The notes beneath the pieces are model-generated. The model saw only the letters and a list, made by a program, of their open reading frames with translations. It was not told the origin of the DNA and did not search any database. Shown here piece by piece: positions 48,982-58,906 of a stretch of 64,000 nucleotides of DNA (positions within the stretch are counted from its first letter, which is position 1; each line of letters starts with the position of its first letter). Position numbers and translations under genes: made by a program. The stretch spans positions 1,152,001-1,216,000 of the forward strand of contig CAXXKT010000001.1 of assembly GCA_963662405.2 (NCBI GenBank). The letters are read 5' to 3'. The stretch is from Syntrophales bacterium (GTDB lineage: Bacteria > Desulfobacterota > Syntrophia > Syntrophales > UBA2210).

Positions 48982-49941
48982 CTATCCTTCCAGTTCCGAC
49001 CAGGAATGCAGGTTCTCAACCTTGTCGAGCAGTTTATTGTACTCCAGATTGACCCTTTTCTGTATCTTCTGGATAAAATCGGGGGTCAGGTGACGGAACC
49101 GGCCCTGGATTTTCAGGTAGTCCTCCACTGGCCGCAGTCCCTCCGGGGCGATGGTCATGGAGTATTTCCCGTTCTCGATCTCGTACAGCGGGAAGACTCC
49201 CGTTTCGACGGCCAGTCGTCCCGCCTTGATGCACTCATTGGTCGGGACTCGCCAACCCGTGGGACAGACCGCGAGGCAGTGGATGTAGCTCGGTCCCTCG
49301 ATCTCCCGCGCCTTCTTGACCTTGTTCATAAAATCGATGGGATAGCTGTGACAGGCCGTGGCGACATAGGGGACGTTGTGAGAGGCGATGATCTCGGCGA
49401 TGTTCTTCTTCCACTCATTCTTCCCGTCGCTCGCGGCACCGGCGGGGTTCGTGGTCGTCGATGCCCCCATCGGCGTGGCGCCGGAACGCTGGATGCCGGT
49501 ATTCATGTATGCCTCGTTGTCGAAACAGATGTAGAGGACATCGTGTCCCCGCTCCATCGTGCCGGAGAGGGCCTGGAACCCGATATCAAAGGTGCCGCCG
49601 TCCCCGCCGATGCAAACGGTCTTGATCCGTCGGTCTGCTATCTTCCCCTTCCGTCGCAGGACCTTCAGCGCGGCTTCGACACCGGCGCCGACCGAGGCGG
49701 AGTTCGGAAAGGCGACATGGATCCACGGAAGGTTCCATGCCGTCGTCGGGTACATAACCGATATGACCTCCATACACCCCGTGGCGTTCACGATTACGGT
49801 ATCCTCACCGAGGGCCTTGCACATCAGACGGATGGCAAGGGCCTCTCCGCACCCCGAACAGGCACGATGCCCGGCATTGAAGTATTCCTGCTTATCCACC
49901 AGCCGTGGAGCATATAAATCAAAGTTCTCTACTGTATTCAT
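48982..49941 (-). CDS. porB: Pyruvate/2-oxoacid:ferredoxin oxidoreductase beta subunit
   Basis: GHRACSGCG, ATGCME, GGDGG...DNEAYMNTG TPP motif, CPTGW. Confidence 0.92.
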   Translation of the reverse strand: MNTVENFDLYAPRLVDKQEYFNAGHRACSGCGEALAIRLMCKALGEDTVIVNATGCMEVISVMYPTTAWNLPWIHVAFPNSASVGAGVEAALKVLRRKGKIADRRIKTVCIGGDGGTFDIGFQALSGTMERGHDVLYICFDNEAYMNTGIQRSGATPMGASTTTNPAGAASDGKNEWKKNIAEIIASHNVPYVATACHSYPIDFMNKVKKAREIEGPSYIHCLAVCPTGWRVPTNECIKAGRLAVETGVFPLYEIENGKYSMTIAPEGLRPVEDYLKIQGRFRHLTPDFIQKIQKRVNLEYNKLLDKVENLHSWSELEG

Positions 49942-51116
49942 GATCCCCTCACTCCGTATATTTCGTACGCTTTTGCGGGTTTCTTCTCTTGCGCGCCCAT
50001 CGTCTGTTCCACCATCTTGGCGAAGTCGCCAACGACGACATCACGACCGCCGAGCCCGATGATATGATTTGTAATCACGGGACGCTCCTTCTGATCATAC
50101 AGGGCCGCCTTGATTTCCGCAGCGACCGGTCCGTTGACGCCTCCGAAGGAGACCGCTCGGTCGATCACGGCAAGCGACTTGAGCCCTTTGATCGCCTCAA
50201 GCAGCTCCTCAGTCGGGAAAGGTCGCCACAGCTTCAGTTTCAGAAGGCCCGCCTTCACTCCCTTTTCGCGCAGTTCATCGACGGCGACCTCGGCCGTGTC
50301 TCCCATCGACCCCAAGGTCAGAAGGGCCACCTCGGCACCGTCCATCCGGTATGCGCTGATCGGCTCATACTTCCGACCGAACTGTTCCTCCCACTCTTTC
50401 CACACCTCCAGGATCACCTTCTTGGAGTTGATGAGGGCATCGTCCTTGGCCTGCATGGCCTCGTTGAAGATATCCGGCATCGCGAGGGCCCCCATGGAGA
50501 CAATATTGTCCGGATGAACCGCAGCATAAGGCTTGTACGCAGGCAGGAACCGGTCTACTTCCTTCTGATCGGGGAGGAACATGGGTTCCACCACATGGGT
50601 CAGCTGGAAACCGTCCAGGTTGACATTGACGGGGAGCATAACGTCACGATGCTCGGCGATCTTGAAGGCCTGGATCATCATGTCTATCGTTTCCTGGCCA
50701 TCGGCGGCGAACAGGGATATCCATCCGGTATCCCTCTGCGACATGATATCGCTGTGGTCGTTCCAGATATTGATCGGGCCGGACAAGGCCCGATTGCCGA
50801 TTGCCATGACGATGGGAAGACGCATCGCTGAAACGATCGGAACGATCTCGGCCATGTACAGAAGACCCTGCGAACTGGTCGCGGTAAACGCACGCGCCCC
50901 CGCCCCGGATGCGCCGCAGCATGCGCTCAAGGCGGAGTGCTCCGATTCCACACAGATAAAATCGGTGTCGATTCGCCCTTCTGCGACGATATCCGACAGG
51001 TGCTCCGGTATATGGGTGTTGGGTGTAATAGGGTAGGCGGCGACAACATCCGGTTTACACAGGGCAACCGCCTCGGCAGCGGCAAGCGCTATTTCCATAC
51101 CGATTCTCTTAGACAT
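49938..51116 (-). CDS. porA: Pyruvate/2-oxoacid:ferredoxin oxidoreductase alpha subunit
   Basis: AAYPITP, ESEHSA, TATSSQGL, NRALSGPINIWNDHSD. Confidence 0.92.
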   Translation of the reverse strand: MSKRIGMEIALAAAEAVALCKPDVVAAYPITPNTHIPEHLSDIVAEGRIDTDFICVESEHSALSACCGASGAGARAFTATSSQGLLYMAEIVPIVSAMRLPIVMAIGNRALSGPINIWNDHSDIMSQRDTGWISLFAADGQETIDMMIQAFKIAEHRDVMLPVNVNLDGFQLTHVVEPMFLPDQKEVDRFLPAYKPYAAVHPDNIVSMGALAMPDIFNEAMQAKDDALINSKKVILEVWKEWEEQFGRKYEPISAYRMDGAEVALLTLGSMGDTAEVAVDELREKGVKAGLLKLKLWRPFPTEELLEAIKGLKSLAVIDRAVSFGGVNGPVAAEIKAALYDQKERPVITNHIIGLGGRDVVVGDFAKMVEQTMGAQEKKPAKAYEIYGVRGS

Positions 51117-51120
51117 ATCC

Positions 51121-51414
51121 CTATCCCTCCTCCACCATCGTTATGGCACCGGGCCAGCATTCGTGGGCACAGATCCCGCACCCCTTGCAGTAATCGAGGT
51201 TTGCCACGAAGTATCCGTCAGCATCCTGGGAGATGCATCCCTCCGGGCAGAAGATATAGCAGACGCCGCACTTGATGCACCTGTCAGTGTCGTATATGGG
51301 TCTCTCCGCCCGCCAGGTCCCCGTATGGTATTCCCGCGTACTTCCCGGTCTGAACACCATGCACCCCGGGTTCAGCTCTTGCCATTTTTCCGGCCATTCT
51401 TTCGCTTTTTCCAT
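51121..51414 (-). CDS. porD: 2-oxoacid:ferredoxin oxidoreductase delta subunit (2x 4Fe-4S)
   Basis: TGTWR, CIKCGVCYIFCP, YCKGCGICAHEC. Confidence 0.92.
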   Translation of the reverse strand: MEKAKEWPEKWQELNPGCMVFRPGSTREYHTGTWRAERPIYDTDRCIKCGVCYIFCPEGCISQDADGYFVANLDYCKGCGICAHECWPGAITMVEEG

Positions 51415-51441
51415 AAGACAATCAACCTCACGGTGTGTGAA

Positions 51442-51990
51442 CTATTTTGCTATTTTGAGCTCTTTGTAAGCTCGTTCCATCGCGTTTATGTTTTTCTGGG
51501 CTATTCTTCCAAACCTGTGTTTCAACGGCTCTTTCACCGATTCGATCTTGACTATCCCGGTCGCCTTGACGGCAGCTCCGATCATGGTGGTGTTGGTGAT
51601 CGGAACCCCCATTTCCTCCCGGGCGATTCGCGATGCGTCGACCGTGGCGACGGTGCCTGTGAATCCCGTCTCTTTTTTGATTTCTTCAGGGGGCTTGGCG
51701 GTGTTGACGACCATGGTACCGTCCGGCTTCAGGCCTTCGGCTACGTTCACCAACCCCATCAGACTCGAATCGAGAACGATGACGATGTCAGGCTCGTAGA
51801 TACCCGCTCTAACGCGTATCTTCTTGTCGTCGATGCGGTTAAACGCCGCCACGGGCGCCCCTCTTCTCTCAGGGCCGAAGCTTGGAAACCCCTGTGCATA
51901 CTGTCCTTCTCCGATAGCGGCCAGCGCAAGGGTCTCTACCGACGTGACCGCTCCCTGACCACCTCTTCCATGCCATCGTATCTCAATCAT
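51442..51990 (-). CDS. porC: 2-oxoacid:ferredoxin oxidoreductase gamma subunit
   Basis: EIRWHGRGGQGAVT, FPSFGPERRGAPV. Confidence 0.92.
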   Translation of the reverse strand: MIEIRWHGRGGQGAVTSVETLALAAIGEGQYAQGFPSFGPERRGAPVAAFNRIDDKKIRVRAGIYEPDIVIVLDSSLMGLVNVAEGLKPDGTMVVNTAKPPEEIKKETGFTGTVATVDASRIAREEMGVPITNTTMIGAAVKATGIVKIESVKEPLKHRFGRIAQKNINAMERAYKELKIAK

Positions 51991-52083
51991 GAGGAAAATC
52001 TCCCTTGTATGAATTCAGGAATCACGCACTCTAAAAAATAAAATCTCATCTGTCAACACCTCATTTACAAGAAAATGCATTTT

Positions 52084-52638
52084 TTATGCGGGGGTCACAC
52101 GCAGAACCTCTTCGTACAGGTCTCTTCCTGCGGCATCGTTGACGACAATCAGCGGAAAATCTTGTATCTCCAAGCGCATGATCGCCTCAGGGCCAAGGTC
52201 TTCGTAGGCAATCACCTCGGCCTTCGTGACACAGGCGGACATCAGGGCCGCGATTCCTCCCATGGCCCCGAAGTAGACACACCGGTTGCGGACGATGGCA
52301 TCCCTGACCCCGTTGTCCCGTTTTCCCTTTCCGATCATTCCCCGGAGCCCCGTCTCCATCAGCAGAGGGGCGTACGCGTCCATCCGGTAGCTGGTCGTCG
52401 GTCCGATGGAGCCGATGATCCGTCCCGGACGGGTCGGGGTGGGGGCCGCATAGAAGATCGTCTCGCCGTCGATGTTTACCGGGAGTTTCCCCCCCGCCTT
52501 GATGAGTTGCGCGAGTCTTTTATGCGCCATATCGCGACCGGTAATGATGCTCCCGCTCAGGAGGACCCGGTCGCCGACATGAAGACCTTCGCAGATCTCC
52601 GGGGTCAAGGGAGTATGCATTCTTCGTGGATGTTCCAT
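52084..52638 (-). CDS. Fe-S hydro-lyase (fumarate/tartrate) beta subunit
   Basis: TGRDMAHKR, GPTTSYRMD, MIGKG, DLGPEA. Confidence 0.92.
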   Translation of the reverse strand: MEHPRRMHTPLTPEICEGLHVGDRVLLSGSIITGRDMAHKRLAQLIKAGGKLPVNIDGETIFYAAPTPTRPGRIIGSIGPTTSYRMDAYAPLLMETGLRGMIGKGKRDNGVRDAIVRNRCVYFGAMGGIAALMSACVTKAEVIAYEDLGPEAIMRLEIQDFPLIVVNDAAGRDLYEEVLRVTPA

Positions 52639-52641
52639 GAC

Positions 52642-53493
52642 TCAGATGGTCGCCTCTCTGTGACGCGCCACGTGGCACTGGATGTTGACCGTCACCGGGA
52701 GGCTTGCGATATGGCAAGGTATCATCTCCACGTGGACGGCGAGTGCGGTGATCCTCCCGCCGTACCCCTGAGGTCCAATGCCGAGGGCGTTGATGTCTTG
52801 GAGCGTATCCCGTTCAAGTTGTGACAACCGGGGATCCGATCCGTTCGGCTCCCCGACGGGGCGCGCAAGGGCCTTTTTTGCGAGGAGACCCGACTTTTCG
52901 ATTGATCCCCCGATTCCCACCCCGACGATCGTCGGAGGGCAGGGATTAGGGCCGGCCTTTTTCACCAGCTCAACGATGTGTTCCCTGATCCCTTCCAGAC
53001 CCGTCGACGGAAGCAGCATGTTGGAACTACTCATGTTCTCGCTCCCCCCCCCCTTCGGCAGGGCGATGATACGGATCGCGTCCCCGGGAACGATCTCTGC
53101 ATGGATGACCGCGGGGGTATTGTCTCCGGTATTCGCACGCGTGATCGGGTCGCAGACGGACTTCCGCAGGAACCCGTCCCGGTAAGCCCTCCTGACTCCT
53201 TCCTGGATCGACTCTGTGAAGTCCCCTCCGATTACATGCACATCCTGCCCGATCTCTACAAAAAGGACGGCAAGACCGGTGTCCTGACAGAGAGGAAGCT
53301 TTTCGCTCTTCGCGATATGGGCGTTCTCGATTATTTTCCCCAGGGCGTCTTTTCCAAGAGGGGTATCTTCTCCTTGGAATGCCGTGTCGATAGCGGCCAG
53401 GACATCCTTCCCGAGATCGGTGCTTGCCTCAATGAAAAGATCCCGGACCGTATCGGTAATCATGCCGCAGGGTATCTCTCTGATAGTCTCCAT
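52642..53493 (-). CDS. Fe-S hydro-lyase (fumarate hydratase) alpha subunit
   Basis: PLCQDTG, KGGGSEN, NPCPP, CHIASLP, CHVARH. Confidence 0.92.
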   Translation of the reverse strand: METIREIPCGMITDTVRDLFIEASTDLGKDVLAAIDTAFQGEDTPLGKDALGKIIENAHIAKSEKLPLCQDTGLAVLFVEIGQDVHVIGGDFTESIQEGVRRAYRDGFLRKSVCDPITRANTGDNTPAVIHAEIVPGDAIRIIALPKGGGSENMSSSNMLLPSTGLEGIREHIVELVKKAGPNPCPPTIVGVGIGGSIEKSGLLAKKALARPVGEPNGSDPRLSQLERDTLQDINALGIGPQGYGGRITALAVHVEMIPCHIASLPVTVNIQCHVARHREATI

Positions 53494-53502
53494 ATGGTGG
53501 TC

Positions 53503-54102
53503 TCACATCCCCCGGCGGCATTCGATTGCCTTCGTCATGGTCATCCGATCGACGTATTTCAGGTCGCCCCCGATGGGGACCCCGAAGGCGATCCTGGTGA
53601 TGGATACCCCTGTTCCCTGGAGGAGTTTGGTGACGAGGAGGGCGGTCGATTCCCCTTGGACACTGGGATTGGTGGCCAGAATTACTTCCCTGACGCTGTT
53701 CGCGGCCACCCGTTCCACCAGTTCGCGGAGGCGGAGGGATTCGGGACCGATCCCGTCGGCGGGTGCGAGAACCCCATGCAGGACATGATAGGTACCCCTG
53801 AAACTCCCGCTCTCTTCTATGGCGACGAGGGAGTCCGGGTCCTCAACCACACAGATGACCTCCCGGTCCCTCGTGGGATCGCCGCATATCTCGCAGAGAT
53901 CACCCTCCGTCAGGTTGAAACAGACGGAGCAGAAACGAATCTTCCGCTTGACCTCCATGATACTCTCCGCAAGCCTTGCCGCATCCTGCTCGGAGGTGTA
54001 CAGTATGAATGTCGCCAACCGTGTGGCGGTCTTTTCTCCGATCCCGGGGAACCGAGACAGTTCCTGTATGAGACGCCGGATTGGGGCCGCGTAACCTGTC
54101 AT
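53503..54102 (-). CDS. recR: Recombination protein RecR
   Basis: PGIGEKTA HhH, C4 zinc finger, CVVE Toprim, YHVLHG. Confidence 0.97.
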   Translation of the reverse strand: MTGYAAPIRRLIQELSRFPGIGEKTATRLATFILYTSEQDAARLAESIMEVKRKIRFCSVCFNLTEGDLCEICGDPTRDREVICVVEDPDSLVAIEESGSFRGTYHVLHGVLAPADGIGPESLRLRELVERVAANSVREVILATNPSVQGESTALLVTKLLQGTGVSITRIAFGVPIGGDLKYVDRMTMTKAIECRRGM

Positions 54103-54168
54103 TCTTGTAACCCTTTCACAACCAATGTCTTTTGAACCTTACGCATGGTACTGCGAACCGGCACCCGC

Positions 54169-54483
54169 TTATGTCAGGCCGGGGATATTGAGCCCGCCGG
54201 TGATTTTTGACATCTCTTCCTGTGCCATCTCCTGGGCCTTGCGCACCCCTTCATTCACGGCTGCTACGACAAGATCCTGCAGCATCTCGATATCCTCCGG
54301 GTCGACCACTTCTTTTTCGATCTTCAGCGATATCAATTCATGCTTTCCGTTGACGACGGCGGTTACCATTCCGCCACCGGAAGCTGCTTCCACTGTTTTT
54401 TCTTCCAGCTCTTCCTGCATGCGCATCATCTTCGCCTGCATCTTCTGGGCCTGTTTCATCAGCTTTCCCATATCATGTGCCAC
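54169..54483 (-). CDS. ybaB: YbaB/EbfC nucleoid-associated protein
   Basis: MKQAQKMQ, SGGGMV, EMLQDLVVAAVN; between dnaX and recR. Confidence 0.95.
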   Translation of the reverse strand: MAHDMGKLMKQAQKMQAKMMRMQEELEEKTVEAASGGGMVTAVVNGKHELISLKIEKEVVDPEDIEMLQDLVVAAVNEGVRKAQEMAQEEMSKITGGLNIPGLT

Positions 54484-56119
54484 TGTTATTGCCTCCTTGA
54501 TCCTTGATCCTCACATCCACGATCTGGGCCCCCTGAAAAACATCCATCACCTTTTGCACGAGCGGATGTCTGAGTGCCTCATTTTTGATCTCGTTTACGC
54601 TGTTCCTGCTTGTTGATGCCGCGGTACCGGAGGATGTCTGCTCCAACACCTCGATCTCCACGGCGGTGTCTCTCCCGAAACACTCTCCCGCCATTCGCGA
54701 TAAAAGCTCCATCTGCGCCGTGCTTTTAATATGGTCCAGAAAGAGATATTCCTTCGGGAACCCTACCGTCAGGCGGTCATTTTCATGCCGCAGAAAGGTC
54801 CCATTATCTATCTTGGAGCTGAGAGGCGCATGTTTCTCTCGGATGAATTCCTTGAGAGTCTGCCATGGATCGGAGATCTTGGCTTCCTCGTACCTTTGAT
54901 GGGGAGGAGAAACCGCCGGTTGGTTTTCCCCGGCGGGACGTGTCGGGGCGGCAACCGATGGCCCGCAACCTCCCACGAGCCTTTGCTCCAGTCCTTCCAT
55001 GCGGGCGATGATCTCGTCGATGGGAATCAAGGGTTCGAGATACGCCATCTTCACCACGGCGTATTCCAGGTTGATACGCGGTTGTGTGCTCCGGTGGATA
55101 TCGTTTTCCTCCGCCATCAAAATATCCAGAAGACGCTGGAGTGTGATCTCGGATGCCTTGTCGGCCAGGGCTTTCAGGCTATCCACCTCGTGATCCGGGA
55201 GGTCGGCAAGGAGCCCCGTGCCGTCCGTGACCTTTACGGTCAGCAGGTTCATGAACTGACCGAGGAGCAACTGGTAAAAATGTTCCACATCCGCGCCGGA
55301 ATAGTAAGCGTTATCGATTATTTTCAGGCAGGTACCCGCATCCCGGGCGAGGATGGCGTCGGAAAGTTCGCATACCAGGTGCCGGTCTCCCAGGTCGAGG
55401 AGTTCTTCCACGTCGGTATCTTTGATTTGCATACCGGCGTACGAGATGACCTGATCGAAGATACTCTGCGCATCCCGGAGACTCCCCTGTCCCTCGCGCG
55501 AGATCCAGGAGAGGGCGGCATCGCTGATCTCGATCCCCTCTTCCCGTGCGATATGCCCGAGGTTGTCCGCTATCTGTCTGACGGATATCCTCTTGAAATC
55601 GAAGTGCTGGCACCGCGAGAGGATCGTGGCGGGGACCTTGTGAATCTCCGTCGTGGCGAAGACAAAAACGACGTGCGCCGGCGGCTCTTCCAGTGTCTTG
55701 AGGAGGGCGTTGAAGGCGGGCTGGGTCAGCATATGGACTTCGTCGATGATATAGACCTTGTACCGTGACGAAACCGGCGAGAAACGAATGTTCTCACGCA
55801 ATTCACGAATCTCGTCGATCCCCCTGTTAGATGCCCCGTCAATCTCGCGTACATCGAGGGACGAGCCCTCCGTAATCTCCGAGCAGTGTGTGCACTGGTT
55901 GCAGGGGGTTTCCGTCGGCCCTTGGGCGCAGTTGATGGCCTTGGCGAGAATGCGGGCCACGGAGGTTTTCCCCGTTCCCCGGGGACCACTGAAGATATAG
56001 GCGTGGGCAATACGATCGAGTCTGACGGCGTTTTGGAGTGTCTTGACGACGTGATCCTGCCCGACAACATCCTCAAATACCTGAGGCCTCCATTTCCGTG
56101 CCAGGACAAGATATTCCAT
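54473..56119 (-). CDS. dnaX: DNA polymerase III gamma/tau subunit
   Basis: LARKWRPQ, GPRGTGKT, EIDGASN, IIDEVHML, LLKTLEEPP, SRC. Confidence 0.97.
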   Translation of the reverse strand: MEYLVLARKWRPQVFEDVVGQDHVVKTLQNAVRLDRIAHAYIFSGPRGTGKTSVARILAKAINCAQGPTETPCNQCTHCSEITEGSSLDVREIDGASNRGIDEIRELRENIRFSPVSSRYKVYIIDEVHMLTQPAFNALLKTLEEPPAHVVFVFATTEIHKVPATILSRCQHFDFKRISVRQIADNLGHIAREEGIEISDAALSWISREGQGSLRDAQSIFDQVISYAGMQIKDTDVEELLDLGDRHLVCELSDAILARDAGTCLKIIDNAYYSGADVEHFYQLLLGQFMNLLTVKVTDGTGLLADLPDHEVDSLKALADKASEITLQRLLDILMAEENDIHRSTQPRINLEYAVVKMAYLEPLIPIDEIIARMEGLEQRLVGGCGPSVAAPTRPAGENQPAVSPPHQRYEEAKISDPWQTLKEFIREKHAPLSSKIDNGTFLRHENDRLTVGFPKEYLFLDHIKSTAQMELLSRMAGECFGRDTAVEIEVLEQTSSGTAASTSRNSVNEIKNEALRHPLVQKVMDVFQGAQIVDVRIKDQGGNNSGT

Positions 56120-56165
56120 TCGATATTCCTGTCTGAAGCGGTGACAAATACACCCACATCAAAGC

Positions 56166-56268
56166 TGACAGCCGGGGAAACCCGCAGCAAACGTCGATGT
56201 TGCTACCGCTGCTTCCTTCCGGACCTGACGGGGTTCGCAACCCGTCGTTCCACGGGACCCGGCTGTCA
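56166..56268 (-). ncRNA. ffs: Signal recognition particle (4.5S) RNA
   Basis: Reverse complement contains TCAGGTCCGGAAGGAAGCAGC; terminal stem TGACAGCCGGG; canonical position upstream of dnaX. Confidence 0.95.
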
Positions 56269-56288
56269 TGACGGTAATGCGAAAATAA

Positions 56289-56382
<94 letters not shown>

Positions 56383-56397
56383 ACGTAGGCAATATAT

Positions 56398-56494
<97 letters not shown>

Positions 56495-56535
56495 GCGTAC
56501 GGCACACCAGATGTGCGTTCCTATTGAATTCGCCC

Positions 56536-56985
56536 TCATATCCTTTTTTCGCGGAAAAATCTACCCAAAATTTCACCGCACCGTTCTTTCATGACCCCTC
56601 CCGTTGTGGAAACGGAATGGTTCAGCTTCTTGTCGTCGAGGATTCCGTAGAGTGACAGGGCTCCCCCCTTGATATCCGCGGCGCCGAAGACGAGATGTTC
56701 TATCCGCGCCTGTACGATTGCCCCCGCGCACATGACGCAGGGCTCAATCGTGACATAGATGGTTGTCCCGGTGAGCCGGTAGTTTTTCCTGATCATTGCG
56801 GCCTTTCGAATGGCGAGAATCTCCGCGTGGGCCGTCGGGTCCTGCATCAGGATGGGGGCATTATGAGCCTTGGCGAGAACCTTACCGTTCAGGGTGATTA
56901 CCGCACCCACAGGGACCTCCCCCCGCGCTCGGGCGGCCTCGGCCTCGGCCAAGGCCATCTTCATGAAATATTCATCGGTTTGCAT
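56536..56985 (-). CDS. tadA: tRNA adenosine(34) deaminase
   Basis: EVPVGAV, DPTAHAE, EPCVMCAGA, LNH. Confidence 0.96.
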   Translation of the reverse strand: MQTDEYFMKMALAEAEAARARGEVPVGAVITLNGKVLAKAHNAPILMQDPTAHAEILAIRKAAMIRKNYRLTGTTIYVTIEPCVMCAGAIVQARIEHLVFGAADIKGGALSLYGILDDKKLNHSVSTTGGVMKERCGEILGRFFREKRI

Positions 56986-57081
56986 ATGAAAATCATATCA
57001 CAGTGAACAGGAAAAGACCATTTCCGGATGGACAACGAGTGGCAAAGTACCGTATAGAGGATAGTCGGAGTCGTGACCGAT

Positions 57082-57639
57082 ATGACCACACAGAAAATTT
57101 TTCTGACGACCATAGTCCTCTCGCTGTTGGCCCATATCATCCTCCTGACCCTCGTGGGGCTCATCGGAGGCAGTCGAGGCATGAATAGGGGCGAGGATGT
57201 CTTTACCGTTACCCTCGAAAAAAGTCCGGATAAGATCATTGAGAACGGCAGCGAGCAGAATCAAAGCGCTGGCGGTCCATTGGAGGATATCCGCTCCCGG
57301 GTCAGGGGAGATTCTGTTGATACGGTCGACCTGGACAGCACGGACACAAAATATTATCCCTACCTTGTTCACATCAAGGAACGGATCGACCGGCAGTGGC
57401 AATACCCCGACGATGCCTTTACCCGCGGCGAGGTGGGAACCACGGTGGTCCAGTTCGCGATCGAACAGGCGGGGACCCTCGCCGAGTGTCGTATGGTTGC
57501 CTCATCGGGTTTTCAATCCCTCGATGCGGAATCGGCGCGCGCCGTCCGATCGGCCGCACCGTTCGATCCGTTCTCCGAGGAATTCGGACTGGTCCGGCTC
57601 AACATCGTGGCAAAGTTCAGCTATACTCTTGCGGAGTGA
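57082..57639 (+). CDS. TonB C-terminal-domain membrane-anchored protein
   Basis: N-terminal TM with SLLAH; WQYP..A..G, SSG..LDAE..AV..AAPF. Confidence 0.8.
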   Translation: MTTQKIFLTTIVLSLLAHIILLTLVGLIGGSRGMNRGEDVFTVTLEKSPDKIIENGSEQNQSAGGPLEDIRSRVRGDSVDTVDLDSTDTKYYPYLVHIKERIDRQWQYPDDAFTRGEVGTTVVQFAIEQAGTLAECRMVASSGFQSLDAESARAVRSAAPFDPFSEEFGLVRLNIVAKFSYTLAE

Positions 57640-57675
57640 TGCCGAAAGACCCTGGAAGGGAAACAGATTGTATCC

Positions 57676-58902
57676 ATGACCAACGAACGAAAAATCATCC
57701 TTTTTACCTGCGTCGCCCATTTCTTCACACATTTCTACGAGATGATATTCCCGGCGCTGGCAATCCCTCTTATGCTTTCGCTGCAGATAGACCTTGCCGA
57801 GGTGCTGAAATTGAGCTTTCTCATGTACCTCCTGTACGGCCTGACCGCCCTCCCCTGGGGAATGGTCGCGGACCGGTTCAACAACCGATCCGCCCTGATC
57901 ATCTTCTTCATGGGGACGAGCCTCGGGGCCCTCCTGACCGCTCTCTCGGATACCTCCACGTCACTGATGCTTTCCCTTGCCGTGATCGGGTTTTTCGCCA
58001 GCATCTACCACCCGGCGGGGATGGGGCTGATATCGCTCGGGATCAGGAACCGGGGGATGGCACTCGGGATCAACGGTGTAGCGGGCAACCTGGGGCTGAT
58101 CAGCGCCCCTTTCGCGGCCGGCATCCTGAACTGGCTGGTCGGGTGGGAGGTCACCTATCTGATCATCGGGGGAGCGGGGGTCATCTGGGGGGCCATCCTG
58201 TTCCTGGTGGATATCGACGAGACGCCGGTCCATGCGGATCAGGAGAACCATTCCTCGACTTCCGGGGGCGCCAACAATCATATGCAATATTTCGTGGTTC
58301 TGTGCGTTGCCATGACGATTGCCGGGCTGGTCTACCGGGGAAACAGTATTGTCCTTCCGGCCTATCTCGAACTCAAGGCATCCTTCCTCTGGGATATCTT
58401 CAGGGGATTAGAGCTTCCCAATCTGGCCGGGGCGAAGACGGTGGCCGCGACGCTCCTGGCCTCAACCATCTACTGTATCGGTATCCTGGGGCAGATCCTC
58501 GGGGGAAGGGTCGCGGACCGGTACGACCTGCGCTGGATGTATCTGGGGTTCCATGTCTGCAGTCTTCCCTTTATCGTCCTGATGGGTCTGGTCGACCAGC
58601 AACTCCTCGTCATATCTGCGGGGCTCTACATCCTCTTCTCTCTCGGGATGCAGCCCATCGAAAACAGCCTCGTGGCGAAGTACACCCCGAACCGATGGCG
58701 GAGTACCGGGTACGGGATCAAGTTCATCCTGACCTTCGGAATCGGGGCACTCGCCGTCTATCTGGTAGGGTGGATCAAGGAGATGTGGGACCTCGCGACG
58801 GTGTACCTCGTGGGCGGCGGGCTCGTCTTCCTCCTTCTTATGACCATTGTCCTCTTGATCTGGGTATCACGCGGGACCACCTGCCGGAACAGGGAAGAGT
58901 GA
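57676..58902 (+). CDS. MFS transporter
   Basis: About 12 hydrophobic helices; GMVADRF and GRVADRY loop motifs; SIYHPAG. Confidence 0.9.
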   Translation: MTNERKIILFTCVAHFFTHFYEMIFPALAIPLMLSLQIDLAEVLKLSFLMYLLYGLTALPWGMVADRFNNRSALIIFFMGTSLGALLTALSDTSTSLMLSLAVIGFFASIYHPAGMGLISLGIRNRGMALGINGVAGNLGLISAPFAAGILNWLVGWEVTYLIIGGAGVIWGAILFLVDIDETPVHADQENHSSTSGGANNHMQYFVVLCVAMTIAGLVYRGNSIVLPAYLELKASFLWDIFRGLELPNLAGAKTVAATLLASTIYCIGILGQILGGRVADRYDLRWMYLGFHVCSLPFIVLMGLVDQQLLVISAGLYILFSLGMQPIENSLVAKYTPNRWRSTGYGIKFILTFGIGALAVYLVGWIKEMWDLATVYLVGGGLVFLLLMTIVLLIWVSRGTTCRNREE

Positions 58903-58906
58903 TGCA

